A stretch of DNA of 45,336 nt from Histomonas meleagridis 2922-C6/04-290x (taxonomy: Eukaryota; Protista; Parabasalia), in assembly GCA_020184695.1 (NCBI GenBank), contig JAANOX010000123.1, positions 1 to 45,336 on the forward strand, written 5' to 3'. Within the stretch, counting starts at the first letter, position 1. Every line of letters begins with the position of its first letter. Under the pieces are notes generated by a model. The model was not told the DNA's origin and did no database searches. It worked only from the letters and a program-made list of their open reading frames with translations. Both the position numbers and the translations under genes were made by a program. Shown here one piece after another: positions 20,991-32,221 of this stretch.

Positions 20991-22292
20991 ACGAAGTGGC
21001 GTCGCTTTTGTATTCGACATAATTTTATTTCAATTAAAAGTGCCAATATGAGAAGATTGAAAAAAATTTCAATTATCAAATTTTAAAAACTATCAAAAAT
21101 CTCAAAAATTATTACATACTTCTTCAAAATTCTCAAAAAGTTCATCAAATTTGATAGAATCTTATAAGTTCAGATGAATGGGATAACACGATTGATACTC
21201 CAGTAATTTTAGGTTTTGTTTTACTTAAAAATTGGGAAATGTCGATCAACTTACAAAAGACTTCCCTCTCTGATATACAAGATATGTTCAAGCGAAATGT
21301 TGGTCATTATTCACTCACAAGGACAAATAGGTTAAAAAATAATATAATATCTAGAGATATATTACAAATCGATGACATGATGATGAATAATGATTTTGAT
21401 ATGTTCATTATAAATTTCTTATTCATCGATGAAAATAATTCTTCACAGATATCAACATTTTCATTTATGTAAAAATAAAAGAGCTATTCAAGCATTAATT
21501 AATGATATCGATTGTTATGATCCTAGTTCCTTATTGTCTGTAAATTTAGAATAACAAAGAACAACTAATGCGATTGAGGGTCTAAATGGTAAAATACGGT
21601 AAAGATTAGATGGGAAAAGAAATATTGAGACTGTTATAAATATATCTGATCATATAGCTACAGAATTTGCTTGGCGAAGTGAGAGAATGCTTACATAAAT
21701 TGACAATAATATTTATGAAGGTAATATTCTAGGTTCAATAGCAGTAGATAAATTGAAAAATATAGTCGAAATTGCTAAGAAAACTAAGAAACAAATAATG
21801 GATGAAAGAGCTAATATCGTATTATTGAGATGGATTAATAAGAAGTATTGCAAATGTATTACAAAGATTGAATATGGTTATCCTTGTGTTCATGAAATTA
21901 TTAATCGTTTAGATAACCAAATTTCATTAATATCACAAAATGTAATACCTGAAATTTATATTTAAATTATGTATCAAATACAATAAGGCAATTTATTTTA
22001 AAACAAAATTATAGAACATGAAATTCAAGAAATATTTCATTATGATCTGAGTTACTCTTTACTTACAAGAGCATTTGAAAAAATTGCTTCAGTCGTTAAA
22101 AGAAATGATAGAGTGAAAGGACTAGTACTAAAATTATTTGATGAACTTAAAGATATAAATCTAAATTTATTTTTCGGAAGAAAATGGACATAATCAGCAA
22201 ATTTAATAAGAAGGTCAGGAAGATATAGTCAGAGAAGACATTATTTATGCAGTATATGTGGAAGATTAGGTGACTATATAGCAACATGCTAA
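20991..22292 (+). mobile_element. Decayed Mutator-like (MULE) transposase fragment
   Basis: All four motifs share one frame broken by many stops: KWRRFCIRH (CxxH, 21009-21020), RTTNAIEGLNG (third catalytic E, 21558-21590), SWIM finger CKC-x9-CVH (21849-21893) and knuckle CSICGRLGDYIATC (22248-22289). No TIRs or TSD seen. Confidence 0.8.
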
Positions 22293-22991
22293 AATTTACA
22301 TGAAGAGAATATAAAAGAAAAGTTAACATCTGAAGAATTAGGAATAAATGAAAACGTTATTTTAAGAACTGAAAAAAAAATAATCGAAGACAACTTTATC
22401 GAAATGGAAAAGGAAAGCACAAGAATTGATATTAATATCAATATTATGAAAATGGAGAAGTGTTGGTCAATTTGACATCTAAAGAACCTGAAATATCGAA
22501 ATCACTGTCATTAGATCAATTGAACCAATTTCAAAGATACCGTGTTTTTCATAAGTTTTCGTTTGCTATAGGACGAAAAAAAATCCACAAGACATAGAAA
22601 CACTGAATGGAATTTATTATACTCAATGGAAAACAGTATAAGAGCTTATACAAAATCAGTCTATGGATGCCTGGGATGAAATAGGAATTATACAACTAAT
22701 ATATATAATGAATTATGGTCAAGAAATTAGAAGATAATGATATGTTAAATCATATATCACAACTGACTCTATATTTAGAAACAATACCCGATTCACTATA
22801 ATAAAAATTATATTAATTCCACATTTGTTTAATAATTCATAAAAACATAAATTCTAATTCAGATGTGATTAAAAGGGATAAAAGAAAATCGTTATTATCC
22901 ACCAATTCCACGAAATTGTCGAAGTTTAATCAAAAATTCATTTAATGGAGAAACGTGAAAGGATTTGAACAGTTTATAAAACCGTCACAAG

Positions 22992-25655
22992 ATGAATGAG
23001 GAAAATAACTGTTTCATCAAAGAACTCCCACAAGAATATGCTAAATCAATTACCCAATCAATCATTGATTCACTGGAAGAAGCAAATCTAAAAATTCGTT
23101 TGAAAAGAGAAAAAGATATCGATTACTGTGTCCAGGGATTGATTTATGCATTTGAATTAGAATGCCAAACAAAAGCAATTAATATCTTTCAAAGGTGGTT
23201 TAGTGACTTTCCTCTGGATAATGAAAAGTTTAATCATTATTTACAACTATTTTTTAATGAATTACCAAAAGCTTTTATGCATGCACAAAAATTCGACTCA
23301 GACTTTACTAGTACAGTTAAGTTTATAAAGGAAATGTTTGAAAAAAAGGAAAAATTAAACCAACAAACGATCCAATGTGGTCTTATCTGTGCTTTAAAGG
23401 CGTCAGGATACCTTGTTGAACTTACCAAATGGCTAAAATCGGAAGTCAATTGTAATAATTTAACAGAACTTAGTCAAATCTTTCTTATCAACTTTGTTGA
23501 TGCAAATTTAAGTCTTCCGTTATCTATGTCTCTTATTTCTGACTTCAAATACTATTGCTATGGCAACACAATTACTCTTAGGCGTGGCGATGTTCATCCA
23601 TGGATGGACTTATTTATTCGTCTTTTCTATAAATTCACAGATAATACTCTCAGTGATTCTCGTCGTGACGATCTTTACAAAATAGTATGTTTCATAAAGA
23701 AACAAACTCAACAAGATTCTAGTGGCCATTTCAGACTTGATCTTCTTTTTAATAATGCATTTAAGGCCTTTTCTGACAAAGCGAATGAGTCAAATACAAT
23801 CTTCATCAATAAGATTCCTGCGGAATTCATTCTATCCATTCTAGGCGACGGCGTGTTTGTTAAAGACCTTTCTAATTTCCAGATTCCAGACTATTTATTT
23901 GTCCACATCTCAAACATATTTCAATTGTTTACACACGGTTATTTCTCAAACGGTCTCCGGTGGCATGATTTGTTTGTCCGTTATATTAATTATTTATTGG
24001 GTAGTCAAATTAAATTAAAAACATTTGTTATATTAGCACACTCAGGAGAATATTGTTCACTTTTTCCAAAATCCTTTAAACATTTCATGTGTAAATTATT
24101 AAGCAATTTATCAGAAATAGAGTTAATCGATTTTTTGGGATATAAAACAAATTTATATATAAATACCTTTTGTAATATTTATCAAATTGCTAAAGTTGAC
24201 AAAGATGAAAAGCTAATGCAAATAGTAAAGAAATTAATTAACAAATATGATGAAGTATCATCGAATGAACAAAAATTTCCTATTTTATGTTTATATTTCT
24301 TATTAATTATTGGTGATAAAAGTTTGTTTTTACAATATTTTAAAAATAATTCAAAATTACTAAATAACGAAACAATTTTATCCTATTTCTTATATCCTTT
24401 GGCGATTTCGCCTTATTTCATTCCTGACATAGGAAAGCAAATCGTGGAAGAAAACATTATCGAAATAATAATTAATCGTTTCTCTAAAAATAGTAATATA
24501 TCATATTCTGTTATAGCATTCTTAATTACAATGTTCGAATTATCGAAAACTACAAACATTTTCGAAATTAATCGAAGTCTTTTACATATATTTTTCGATT
24601 TTATTGAAGGATTTAGGACCGATACGAAATTGAAAACTTTACTCGATATCGTATCCCTCTCAATTTATATTCCTAACGTTTCCCCTGAATTCGCTAGAAA
24701 CGAACTAGCAAAATTCGAGTCTATTCATCATTATTATTACAAAAATCATTTGTTTTCATTCGGCGAAAATAAGAACTCTTCAAAAATTGGTTTGGTGATT
24801 CATGGTTTATTTGGTATAACTTATTTCGAAATAGAAGAAGAAGTCCAAGAACAAAATAACCCAGAGCCTGAACCTGAAAAAAGGAAATACATGTCATATG
24901 CTGAACTTTGCCTTGATAAAATATATAAACCATTTGAAGAATATCATAGACCTAATCAGGAATTTTTCGGAGAAAACAAATCCATTCTTTTCATGCTTGC
25001 CTTTGGCTTTAGTGGGACATCTGATTCTTCTTCTCCAAAACTTGTTGAACAAGATTTGGTTGAAAAATATTTCTTTTCGAACGATGCCTTCAAAGGCCAT
25101 AACTTTGTAGTTTCTGTTCTTTCACTAAATTCCCAATCAACAGACTTATCGTTGAATGTTGAAGAAACAGAACTTTTCCATGCTTTTCTTTCACATCTTG
25201 GAGGCAAATTTGAAATGGGCAATTGTCAATTTGTGTTCAAGCCAAAGCTATTAGAGACGAGTGTCTTGATCTTGTTTAATGAATCGAACAAGTTCTTGAA
25301 CCCGAATTACATCCATTCACTCCCGTGTTCACTTGTCATAACCGTGGAACCGTTAGGCTCAACATTCAATGGAAATGAATTAACATACGGTCTATCGGCG
25401 TATGCCATCAAAAACAATTGTATCCTTCCAATCCAAAAAGAAAGAACAGTTGTACCTATAGGTGATCTTTCTTTAACTGTTGCTTCTTTGTGCTTCTTTA
25501 TTTATGCATCTATCTCACAAAATAATGATGGAAGCTATGAATGCGATTTGGCTAATGCTTACGCATCGCAATTGAAGAAGAGAGAAACGGCTTTCAACGA
25601 CATAGAAATGGCAATCAAAGACAAGAATTTGAATTATTTGTCAATATTGGATTGA
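22992..25655 (+). CDS. RalGAP beta-like protein with degenerate Rap-GAP domain
   Basis: The N-terminus IDYCVQGLIYAFEL...KAINIFQRWF resembles RalGAPbeta VKWTMEVICYGLTL...YCVDVYTDW. The C-terminus VVSVLSL...ELFHAFLSHLG...VLILFNES is Rap-GAP-like. Confidence 0.6.
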   Translation: MNEENNCFIKELPQEYAKSITQSIIDSLEEANLKIRLKREKDIDYCVQGLIYAFELECQTKAINIFQRWFSDFPLDNEKFNHYLQLFFNELPKAFMHAQKFDSDFTSTVKFIKEMFEKKEKLNQQTIQCGLICALKASGYLVELTKWLKSEVNCNNLTELSQIFLINFVDANLSLPLSMSLISDFKYYCYGNTITLRRGDVHPWMDLFIRLFYKFTDNTLSDSRRDDLYKIVCFIKKQTQQDSSGHFRLDLLFNNAFKAFSDKANESNTIFINKIPAEFILSILGDGVFVKDLSNFQIPDYLFVHISNIFQLFTHGYFSNGLRWHDLFVRYINYLLGSQIKLKTFVILAHSGEYCSLFPKSFKHFMCKLLSNLSEIELIDFLGYKTNLYINTFCNIYQIAKVDKDEKLMQIVKKLINKYDEVSSNEQKFPILCLYFLLIIGDKSLFLQYFKNNSKLLNNETILSYFLYPLAISPYFIPDIGKQIVEENIIEIIINRFSKNSNISYSVIAFLITMFELSKTTNIFEINRSLLHIFFDFIEGFRTDTKLKTLLDIVSLSIYIPNVSPEFARNELAKFESIHHYYYKNHLFSFGENKNSSKIGLVIHGLFGITYFEIEEEVQEQNNPEPEPEKRKYMSYAELCLDKIYKPFEEYHRPNQEFFGENKSILFMLAFGFSGTSDSSSPKLVEQDLVEKYFFSNDAFKGHNFVVSVLSLNSQSTDLSLNVEETELFHAFLSHLGGKFEMGNCQFVFKPKLLETSVLILFNESNKFLNPNYIHSLPCSLVITVEPLGSTFNGNELTYGLSAYAIKNNCILPIQKERTVVPIGDLSLTVASLCFFIYASISQNNDGSYECDLANAYASQLKKRETAFNDIEMAIKDKNLNYLSILD

Positions 25656-27114
25656 TATTTGTGTTTTTGTTAATGATTAATTACACAAAGATCTGCGTAT
25701 TAGTAAAAAATATTTTTTAATTAAATTATGTTAATGGTTAATAAATTTTTATAGCAATTTATATATGAGTCGTGTATGAGTATTATTTGATAATGAAAAT
25801 AACACTGATTTATTATGTACACTTTGAAGTCATTACATTTACATAATTTCTTAGATAAAATATCAATAGGAAACGTTGATTCATTATGGGGATTACAAAA
25901 ATGTAATGTGTTATCACAATTAATTGTGACATTTCGCCAAATGTAAATATTCATGTAACTTATTCCAATCAATGCAATGGATATCTGCAAAAACTAAAGA
26001 TAATATTATAAAAAATGAATATTGATAATTATTATTATTGATATATTAATGGACATAAATCCATCATAGATTTTGCTCCAGGCCACTTTTAATATAAATT
26101 ATACAACACACATGTTCTCACAGATTGTTTTTGAATGTATATTTGGTTGGTAATTTCATTCAAATAAATTTTCATTGAAATAGTAAAAGTGTCATTTTCG
26201 AAAATGAAGACAAACTCAGATATGAGTTATTCGATTCATCGACATATTAATTAATTTCATTTAATGCGTTTTTGAATTTATATGTATAAATAGATAATAA
26301 ATTTAACCATAAGTATTAAATTTGAAATTTAAAAATGAGGTTATTAAAGTTTCATAATTTCATCAAAATCATAAATGAAAAAACAATAACATATTTAAGC
26401 ATCTGTTTACACATAATTTAGAATAATTTAATCAAAAAAAATTATAAAATTTTAACTTTTATTTTTATCATAGTTTACATCACATCAATTTTAATATGTT
26501 TCATGTATAAGATCCATTTCTTATTCAATACATGAATCAGATATATTGTTCCATCAATAAAGAAATAAGAAAAATCAAAAAAAAAGAAACAAGAATAAAA
26601 AAGAGGAAGAAAATAGAACTCTGTAATTAATAAGTTAACAAAAAAAATCAACTAATGAGAATGATTTTCTTCACCTATCGTTTTTCATAGAAAAAGTGGA
26701 AGACTTGTGAATTTAACGGATTTCAGCGACTTGTGATGTCAAATGCTTTAAAACATAAATATCTCAAAAATCAATTAATAGTCAGATTATTTATGGCAAA
26801 GATAAAAAAAATAATAGAAATTCGGCCGTAAAAGAATAAGATTACAATTACTTCATTTTTATTACAAGAAGGATCCTTAATTTCCTTTCTACTGTGCCAT
26901 TAACAGTCATTTTTGGGAATCAGATTACACATTTCCCCACTTTTTGAATATTTTTTAATCGAATCCGATCAAAACTGCTCATTTTTTCCCAAACGCTTTA
27001 CAAAAGACACTTTTTAACCTTTTCTATAAATAACACACCAAGTTTTTGTGTTTCAATAGTTTACACGAAATAATATTTCTATCGAATTGCTGTGGTTTCG
27101 AACGTTCCAACAAA

Positions 27115-30100
27115 ATGCAAAACAAACACGGTGAACATGAAAAATCACAAATTGAAGAGGTAACCAAGATTCTGAAAGAACTTAGTGATTGTGTTCTCAA
27201 GTTTCGTAAGAAGCCAACAAAATCTCGAAAAAAGAATTTAAATTCAAAACTCAGCTCAGCAATTGAACTTTCCATAGATCAATATGAAAAGCCACCTGGA
27301 TTCTTTCAGCATGTTTTTGAAATTTTGTCACAGATTATTGATCCAAGTATTGATATGGATGTTAGATCTGACACATTTTTAGGAATTATCAAAATTATCC
27401 TAAGGAAATTTAAAGTCATTCCTGTGTACGCTATTCAATGGGATTCATTTTTTGATGCACCAAAAAATGATTTACAGTTAAAATTTTTAATTAATCAGAC
27501 TCGACTAATTGCAGATGAAGCAACCAAATGCTCAGCTGCTAATAAATTAGATGATGAGAAAAAGGAGATTTTATTTTTTTGGTGGAAACTAATTGTTTTA
27601 TATATTTCTCCCAAAATCAAAATTAAGCCCAAAAAATTTCCACCTGAATTTGTTTCCATTACATTTCATTCATTATTATTCACACTTAAAAAGTTTCGTC
27701 AAAATTCTCTTAGTTTTATTACATGTAATGAAGGAATTTTTATTTTTCCATTTGCCCTTGAAATTTTAATGGCTGCTTCTAACATGCCATTTGAATACAA
27801 GAAAGTTGTTTCATTCTATAAATATTTTTCACCATGTAAATTTAGTTGTGATGGCTTTGAACAAGGAGGGAAATATTTTTCAGTTAAAATGATACGCGAC
27901 AAATTGACGAGTTTATACAAAACTGTCAACATCAATCAAATGCAACCAGAATTTTTATCATATTTTCAAGCAATACCATTTTCATCAGTATCTCAAGACC
28001 TAGAATCCATTCGTAAAATCCAAACATCTAATCGATCCCAATTATTAATTGCTATAATTGAGCCAGCATTAATTATTTTAAATTGGTTAATTGAACTCTT
28101 AAAAAAGCCGACGAATAAAGAAGATACTATATATAACTTATCTATAACATATGGCCATTTATTACGGATACGAGTCTTAATATGTGAAATCTTAAAATAT
28201 GAAGGCGATGATAGTTTATTAATAAGTTTTTTTACATCAACAATGGAAAGTCAAACCAAAGAATTATCATTTTTATTGTTATCATTATATTTTGCTATTT
28301 CATTTGATAAGCGCGAGATTAAAGTTGATGAATTTAAATCATTTTGTTCAAATATGTATAAAATCTCACAAAGTGTATTAAGTAAAGAGAATTCAGATTC
28401 ATTCATTAAGTTCAATCAAATTTTAGGATTACAAATTGCTTATGCATTAGCGCCAAGTTTATTACGAATACCAACGAAAGAATCAGAAACATTTACGAAG
28501 AATCCGGTGATGTTAATATATGAGAAGTATAAATATAAGTTACAGATTACTTTAGGCTATTTTTTTTATCATGTTAATGGTATTGATTTACCGTATGATA
28601 AAGCGGAGAATTTTATATATCAATTAATTAATAGTTGTGATAAGAACATTCATTATACAATGTCATCATCAATAGCGGATGCATTTTATGATGTAATGAC
28701 TTCTACAAATTTTAATTTAGATCCAAAGTTTTTATTTGGTGGAATTTTACCAATTGTTTTAAACTCATTATTTAAGAAAAGATGTGATTCGACATTTATC
28801 TTTCCGAAATGTTCTAAAATAGTTAAATTAGCACGGATAAAAGGATATATGAACAAATCATTAGCTATTAATTGGTTTAAAGTGTTACAAAATTATTGTT
28901 TTTCGAATAATAAAGAATTACATTTAGAAATCATAAACTCAGGAATTGAAACAATATTAATTGGATGTCCTTATTCACTTGGGTTAATACCATTTATATC
29001 TATTTTATTAAATCAAGTTAATACAAGTATGGTACCATTAATTCATTCATATTTATGCGTTGAATATTTTGTAGTAAAGAATATTAACTTTAAGAATTAT
29101 CCAAAATATTTAATTGATTCGATTGATAATGAATCAAATCGATTAGTTTTACAAAACTTTTTAGAGAATAATTTAATTCGTAATAATACATTTCAAGCAT
29201 TAAAATATTTATCATCTAAAAAAGATGATGATAAAATACATAAAACAATTTTCTTATTAATTCTTTATGATTTATTATCATCTGATAATAATAGTGAATT
29301 AATTGATTTGTTTAAAGGTTATATCGAATCTAAAGTTATATTTCCACGTTCATATTTATCATTATTAAATTTATTACCACAATTTTATCATACGATTCAA
29401 CAAAAAAATGAAAAAATTTTACGATTAATTGAACAAAACATTAATCAATTGTTTTTTTCGAAAGTAATTCAAAATGATTTAGCTACAAAATATTCAATTG
29501 ATTTAATGTTAATGTCAAAGAATGATAACAAAAATTTTAATTATTATTTCTCGTTATTATCTGCTTTTTATGATACTGTTTTAACATCTGATAAATATAA
29601 CGAATGTTTTACGAATGGATTTGATTTCTTCTTAGGCCATTATTATAAATCAATTAATTTGCAAAAGGTTGAATTACAACAGCCTTATTTCATGCATAAA
29701 CAGAAATATTTAATTAGCTCTGGATTAACACCTAATTCCATCGCATTCACTACAGTCTCCGCAACATATCAAATCGAAATTTCTGATTCTGAACAAACTC
29801 ATGAAAATAATATTAATCATCTTAATAGTTTTAGTACAAATGACTTAAATAATGTTAATAATGATGATGTTTTTGATAACATTAATCAAAGAAATAGTTT
29901 TAGTGCTAATAATTTAAATAGTATCAGTAACAACAACAATAATGTTAATCGTAATACATTTAGTGCTAATAATTTAAATAGTATTAGCAATAACAATAAT
30001 AATATTAATCGTAATACATTTAATGCTAATAATTTAAATAGTATTAGCAATAACAATAATAATATTAATCGTAATACATTTAATGCTAATAATTTAAATA

Positions 30101-30885
30101 GTATTAGCAATAACAACAATAATAACAACAATGTTAATCGTAATACATTTAGTGCTAATATTTTAAATAGTATTAGCAATAACAATAATAATGATAACAC
30201 TAACAAAGAATATGAAATCAAAAAGTTTTTAGCAAAGATTCCATCGTCGTCATTATTTGTCAAAGCGTTAAAGGACAAACTCAAGTATTTTGCATTACAA
30301 AACGACGGCACTAATCCTATCAACCAAGTCAAGATCAATGGCTATCCCATCTATAAGGCCAGCATTGTCTATTCCGGGTTTAACAAGCGCAACAAGTCGG
30401 AAATCTTATCAAATAACATCGAAGACATCACAAAACATTTTTATAACTTCTTAAAGAGCATTGGGAAAATCATTGACATCTCGAACAAGTTCTCATTCAT
30501 CGGAGTACTTAAGGGAATGTTATCCGGTGATAAGTCGATTTGTTGGGAAGATGACGTCAGCACAATATACTTCCAAGTCGCGCCGTTCTTAAAGCCCGAT
30601 TGCATAAACAGTAGAATGAAAAGATGGGACTACATTAGGGCGTGGCCAGTGCTGATACTATGGAATGAAAACCCATACGAAATAGATATCAAAGAGTTTA
30701 AAGACTTTAACATTAAGTTGCACATCGTACTCCAAATGGTGAACAATGGATTCGTAAGAGTGCACATGGAAAAGGACGAAAAGTTGGAATTCGGACTGTT
30801 TTATAATGACATTCTGATACCGAAGTGTTTCTTGGGAAACTTCATTCGATTGGTGATAATTAACGCTGAGGAGGCACTAAAATAA
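27115..30885 (+). CDS. RalGAP alpha/TSC2-like Rap-GAP-domain protein
   Basis: The C-terminal ~190 aa (YKASIVYSG...EILSN...FYNFLKSIG...FIGVL...IYFQVA...VLILWNE...GLFYNDILI...IRLVIINA) aligns motif by motif with the RalGAPalpha/tuberin GAP domain. First ATG is at 27115; the track start 27046 is a TTG. Confidence 0.8.
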   Translation: MQNKHGEHEKSQIEEVTKILKELSDCVLKFRKKPTKSRKKNLNSKLSSAIELSIDQYEKPPGFFQHVFEILSQIIDPSIDMDVRSDTFLGIIKIILRKFKVIPVYAIQWDSFFDAPKNDLQLKFLINQTRLIADEATKCSAANKLDDEKKEILFFWWKLIVLYISPKIKIKPKKFPPEFVSITFHSLLFTLKKFRQNSLSFITCNEGIFIFPFALEILMAASNMPFEYKKVVSFYKYFSPCKFSCDGFEQGGKYFSVKMIRDKLTSLYKTVNINQMQPEFLSYFQAIPFSSVSQDLESIRKIQTSNRSQLLIAIIEPALIILNWLIELLKKPTNKEDTIYNLSITYGHLLRIRVLICEILKYEGDDSLLISFFTSTMESQTKELSFLLLSLYFAISFDKREIKVDEFKSFCSNMYKISQSVLSKENSDSFIKFNQILGLQIAYALAPSLLRIPTKESETFTKNPVMLIYEKYKYKLQITLGYFFYHVNGIDLPYDKAENFIYQLINSCDKNIHYTMSSSIADAFYDVMTSTNFNLDPKFLFGGILPIVLNSLFKKRCDSTFIFPKCSKIVKLARIKGYMNKSLAINWFKVLQNYCFSNNKELHLEIINSGIETILIGCPYSLGLIPFISILLNQVNTSMVPLIHSYLCVEYFVVKNINFKNYPKYLIDSIDNESNRLVLQNFLENNLIRNNTFQALKYLSSKKDDDKIHKTIFLLILYDLLSSDNNSELIDLFKGYIESKVIFPRSYLSLLNLLPQFYHTIQQKNEKILRLIEQNINQLFFSKVIQNDLATKYSIDLMLMSKNDNKNFNYYFSLLSAFYDTVLTSDKYNECFTNGFDFFLGHYYKSINLQKVELQQPYFMHKQKYLISSGLTPNSIAFTTVSATYQIEISDSEQTHENNINHLNSFSTNDLNNVNNDDVFDNINQRNSFSANNLNSISNNNNNVNRNTFSANNLNSISNNNNNINRNTFNANNLNSISNNNNNINRNTFNANNLNSISNNNNNNNNVNRNTFSANILNSISNNNNNDNTNKEYEIKKFLAKIPSSSLFVKALKDKLKYFALQNDGTNPINQVKINGYPIYKASIVYSGFNKRNKSEILSNNIEDITKHFYNFLKSIGKIIDISNKFSFIGVLKGMLSGDKSICWEDDVSTIYFQVAPFLKPDCINSRMKRWDYIRAWPVLILWNENPYEIDIKEFKDFNIKLHIVLQMVNNGFVRVHMEKDEKLEFGLFYNDILIPKCFLGNFIRLVIINAEEALK
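29878..30192 (+). repeat. In-frame coding tandem repeat, 5 copies of about 60 bp (N[IV]N[QR]N[ST]F[SN]ANNLNSISNNNN-like)
   Basis: Units start at 29878, 29941, 30001, 30061 and 30130. The units at 30001 and 30061 differ at 1 of 60 positions. Confidence 0.95.
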
Positions 30886-31270
30886 GTTAATTTTTATATA
30901 ATAAACCGAACATGTGGATAAGTTTGATAATTGTTTTTCAAAATATATAATTTGTTAATGCGATTTAAATGAAGAAAAATGTTTTTATGCTGTATCCAAA
31001 TGATTCTTTCGATGTGATACAATATTAATATATTTAGCACTTACCTTCATTTGAGCTTGATATTGCTAATGTGAAAAGTTCAAACATTTCATATAAATAG
31101 ATTTATGTATGATTGAAATATTGTCTCCAAATTAAAAATATAAAAAGATATGAAAGAAAATTACAAAAAGTTAAAGAACTGATAAATATTTGCACATATC
31201 ATTAGAATTTTCTCGAAAAACAAATCATTAAAAACTAAAACATTTACATAATAAATATTATGAAATTCCA

Positions 31271-32221
31271 TCAGCACTGCGCAATTTGGCAGTTTTTGCT
31301 GTTAAAAATTCCGTTTTCTTCTTCGTCGTTTAGATATGACATTTGGAAATGAAACTGCGGAAGCTGCACGCATTCCATTGTGTCGTCTTCGTTTACGCTA
31401 AGGAATGCGGCAACGTTTTGGCTTAGCGGAGAAGAAGACGTGAACACTGTAACAACAGTGAGATCTGATCCAAATGGGAAATCGACTCCTGTTGCGGCGA
31501 CTTGATGACCGCGCAATATCATACAAAGTTGGTTTTCTTGAAGGAACCTCTTTGCTGGTTCGATCCCCCACAAGTATGATGTCCCACGTGGGCTTGTTTC
31601 CCATTCTACAACTTCTGATGATGGATCTGACCAAACAAGATCGGCCAAAAGACTGGATTTTTGTATGCAAACTGGCCGCGCGATTGATCTTATCTGTTCT
31701 ATGGATGTCAGTTCTGGTGAAATACCTGCATGAACACAGAAAATGCGATCTGATATGATGGCGGCAATTGGTAATGAATCAAAAACTTCATAAAAATATG
31801 GAAGAACAGTTGGCGAAGCTTTTCTCCCAACTTCCACCGCAAACTCAAAGTTTTCTGACATTTCTTCACATTCATGATTTCCTCTGAGTAGAAAGATATT
31901 ATTTGGAAATTGAATTTTAAGAGCAATAAGAAGGCAGAATACTTCATAACTGTTTTCTCCACGATCAACATAATCTCCTAAGAATAAGTATTTTGTGTCA
32001 AGTCCGAATCCACCAATTTGTAAAAGAGCAATCAAATCATTTAGCTCACCATGTATATCACCACAAACGTTAATTGGGGCCTGAAGTTCCAGTAATGAAT
32101 TTTCTTTCAATAGAACTTCAGATGCTTTTTTACAAAGATCAGCTACATCAGTTGTAGATATATTAACAGTACCATTGGTAATAATATTTTTGATGAGGGT
32201 GTTGATTTTGCTTGCGTTCAT
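31271..32221 (-). CDS. PPP-family Ser/Thr phosphatase, PP1-like, divergent
   Basis: GDIHG, GDYVDRG, RGNHE, HAG, DLVWSDP, RGHQV. First ATG is at 32221; the track start 32272 is a TTG. Confidence 0.92.
   Translation of the reverse strand: MNASKINTLIKNIITNGTVNISTTDVADLCKKASEVLLKENSLLELQAPINVCGDIHGELNDLIALLQIGGFGLDTKYLFLGDYVDRGENSYEVFCLLIALKIQFPNNIFLLRGNHECEEMSENFEFAVEVGRKASPTVLPYFYEVFDSLPIAAIISDRIFCVHAGISPELTSIEQIRSIARPVCIQKSSLLADLVWSDPSSEVVEWETSPRGTSYLWGIEPAKRFLQENQLCMILRGHQVAATGVDFPFGSDLTVVTVFTSSSPLSQNVAAFLSVNEDDTMECVQLPQFHFQMSYLNDEEENGIFNSKNCQIAQC

Noticed and set aside
22440-22740. Possible extra domain after the MULE knuckle (QYYENGEVLV... YYTQWKTV*ELIQN)
   Set aside because: It needs several frameshifts and matches no motif I can name reliably.
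20899-22991. TIRs and target-site duplication for the MULE remnant
   Set aside because: No inverted repeats were visible by eye at either flank, so element boundaries are not claimed.
25760-26160. Protein-like fragments in the 1.4-kb spacer between the GAP genes (FLDKISIGNVDSLWGLQKC; SIIDFAPGHF) and minus-strand ORF 25721-25990
   Set aside because: No recognisable family. A BLASTx would be needed to call a pseudogene.
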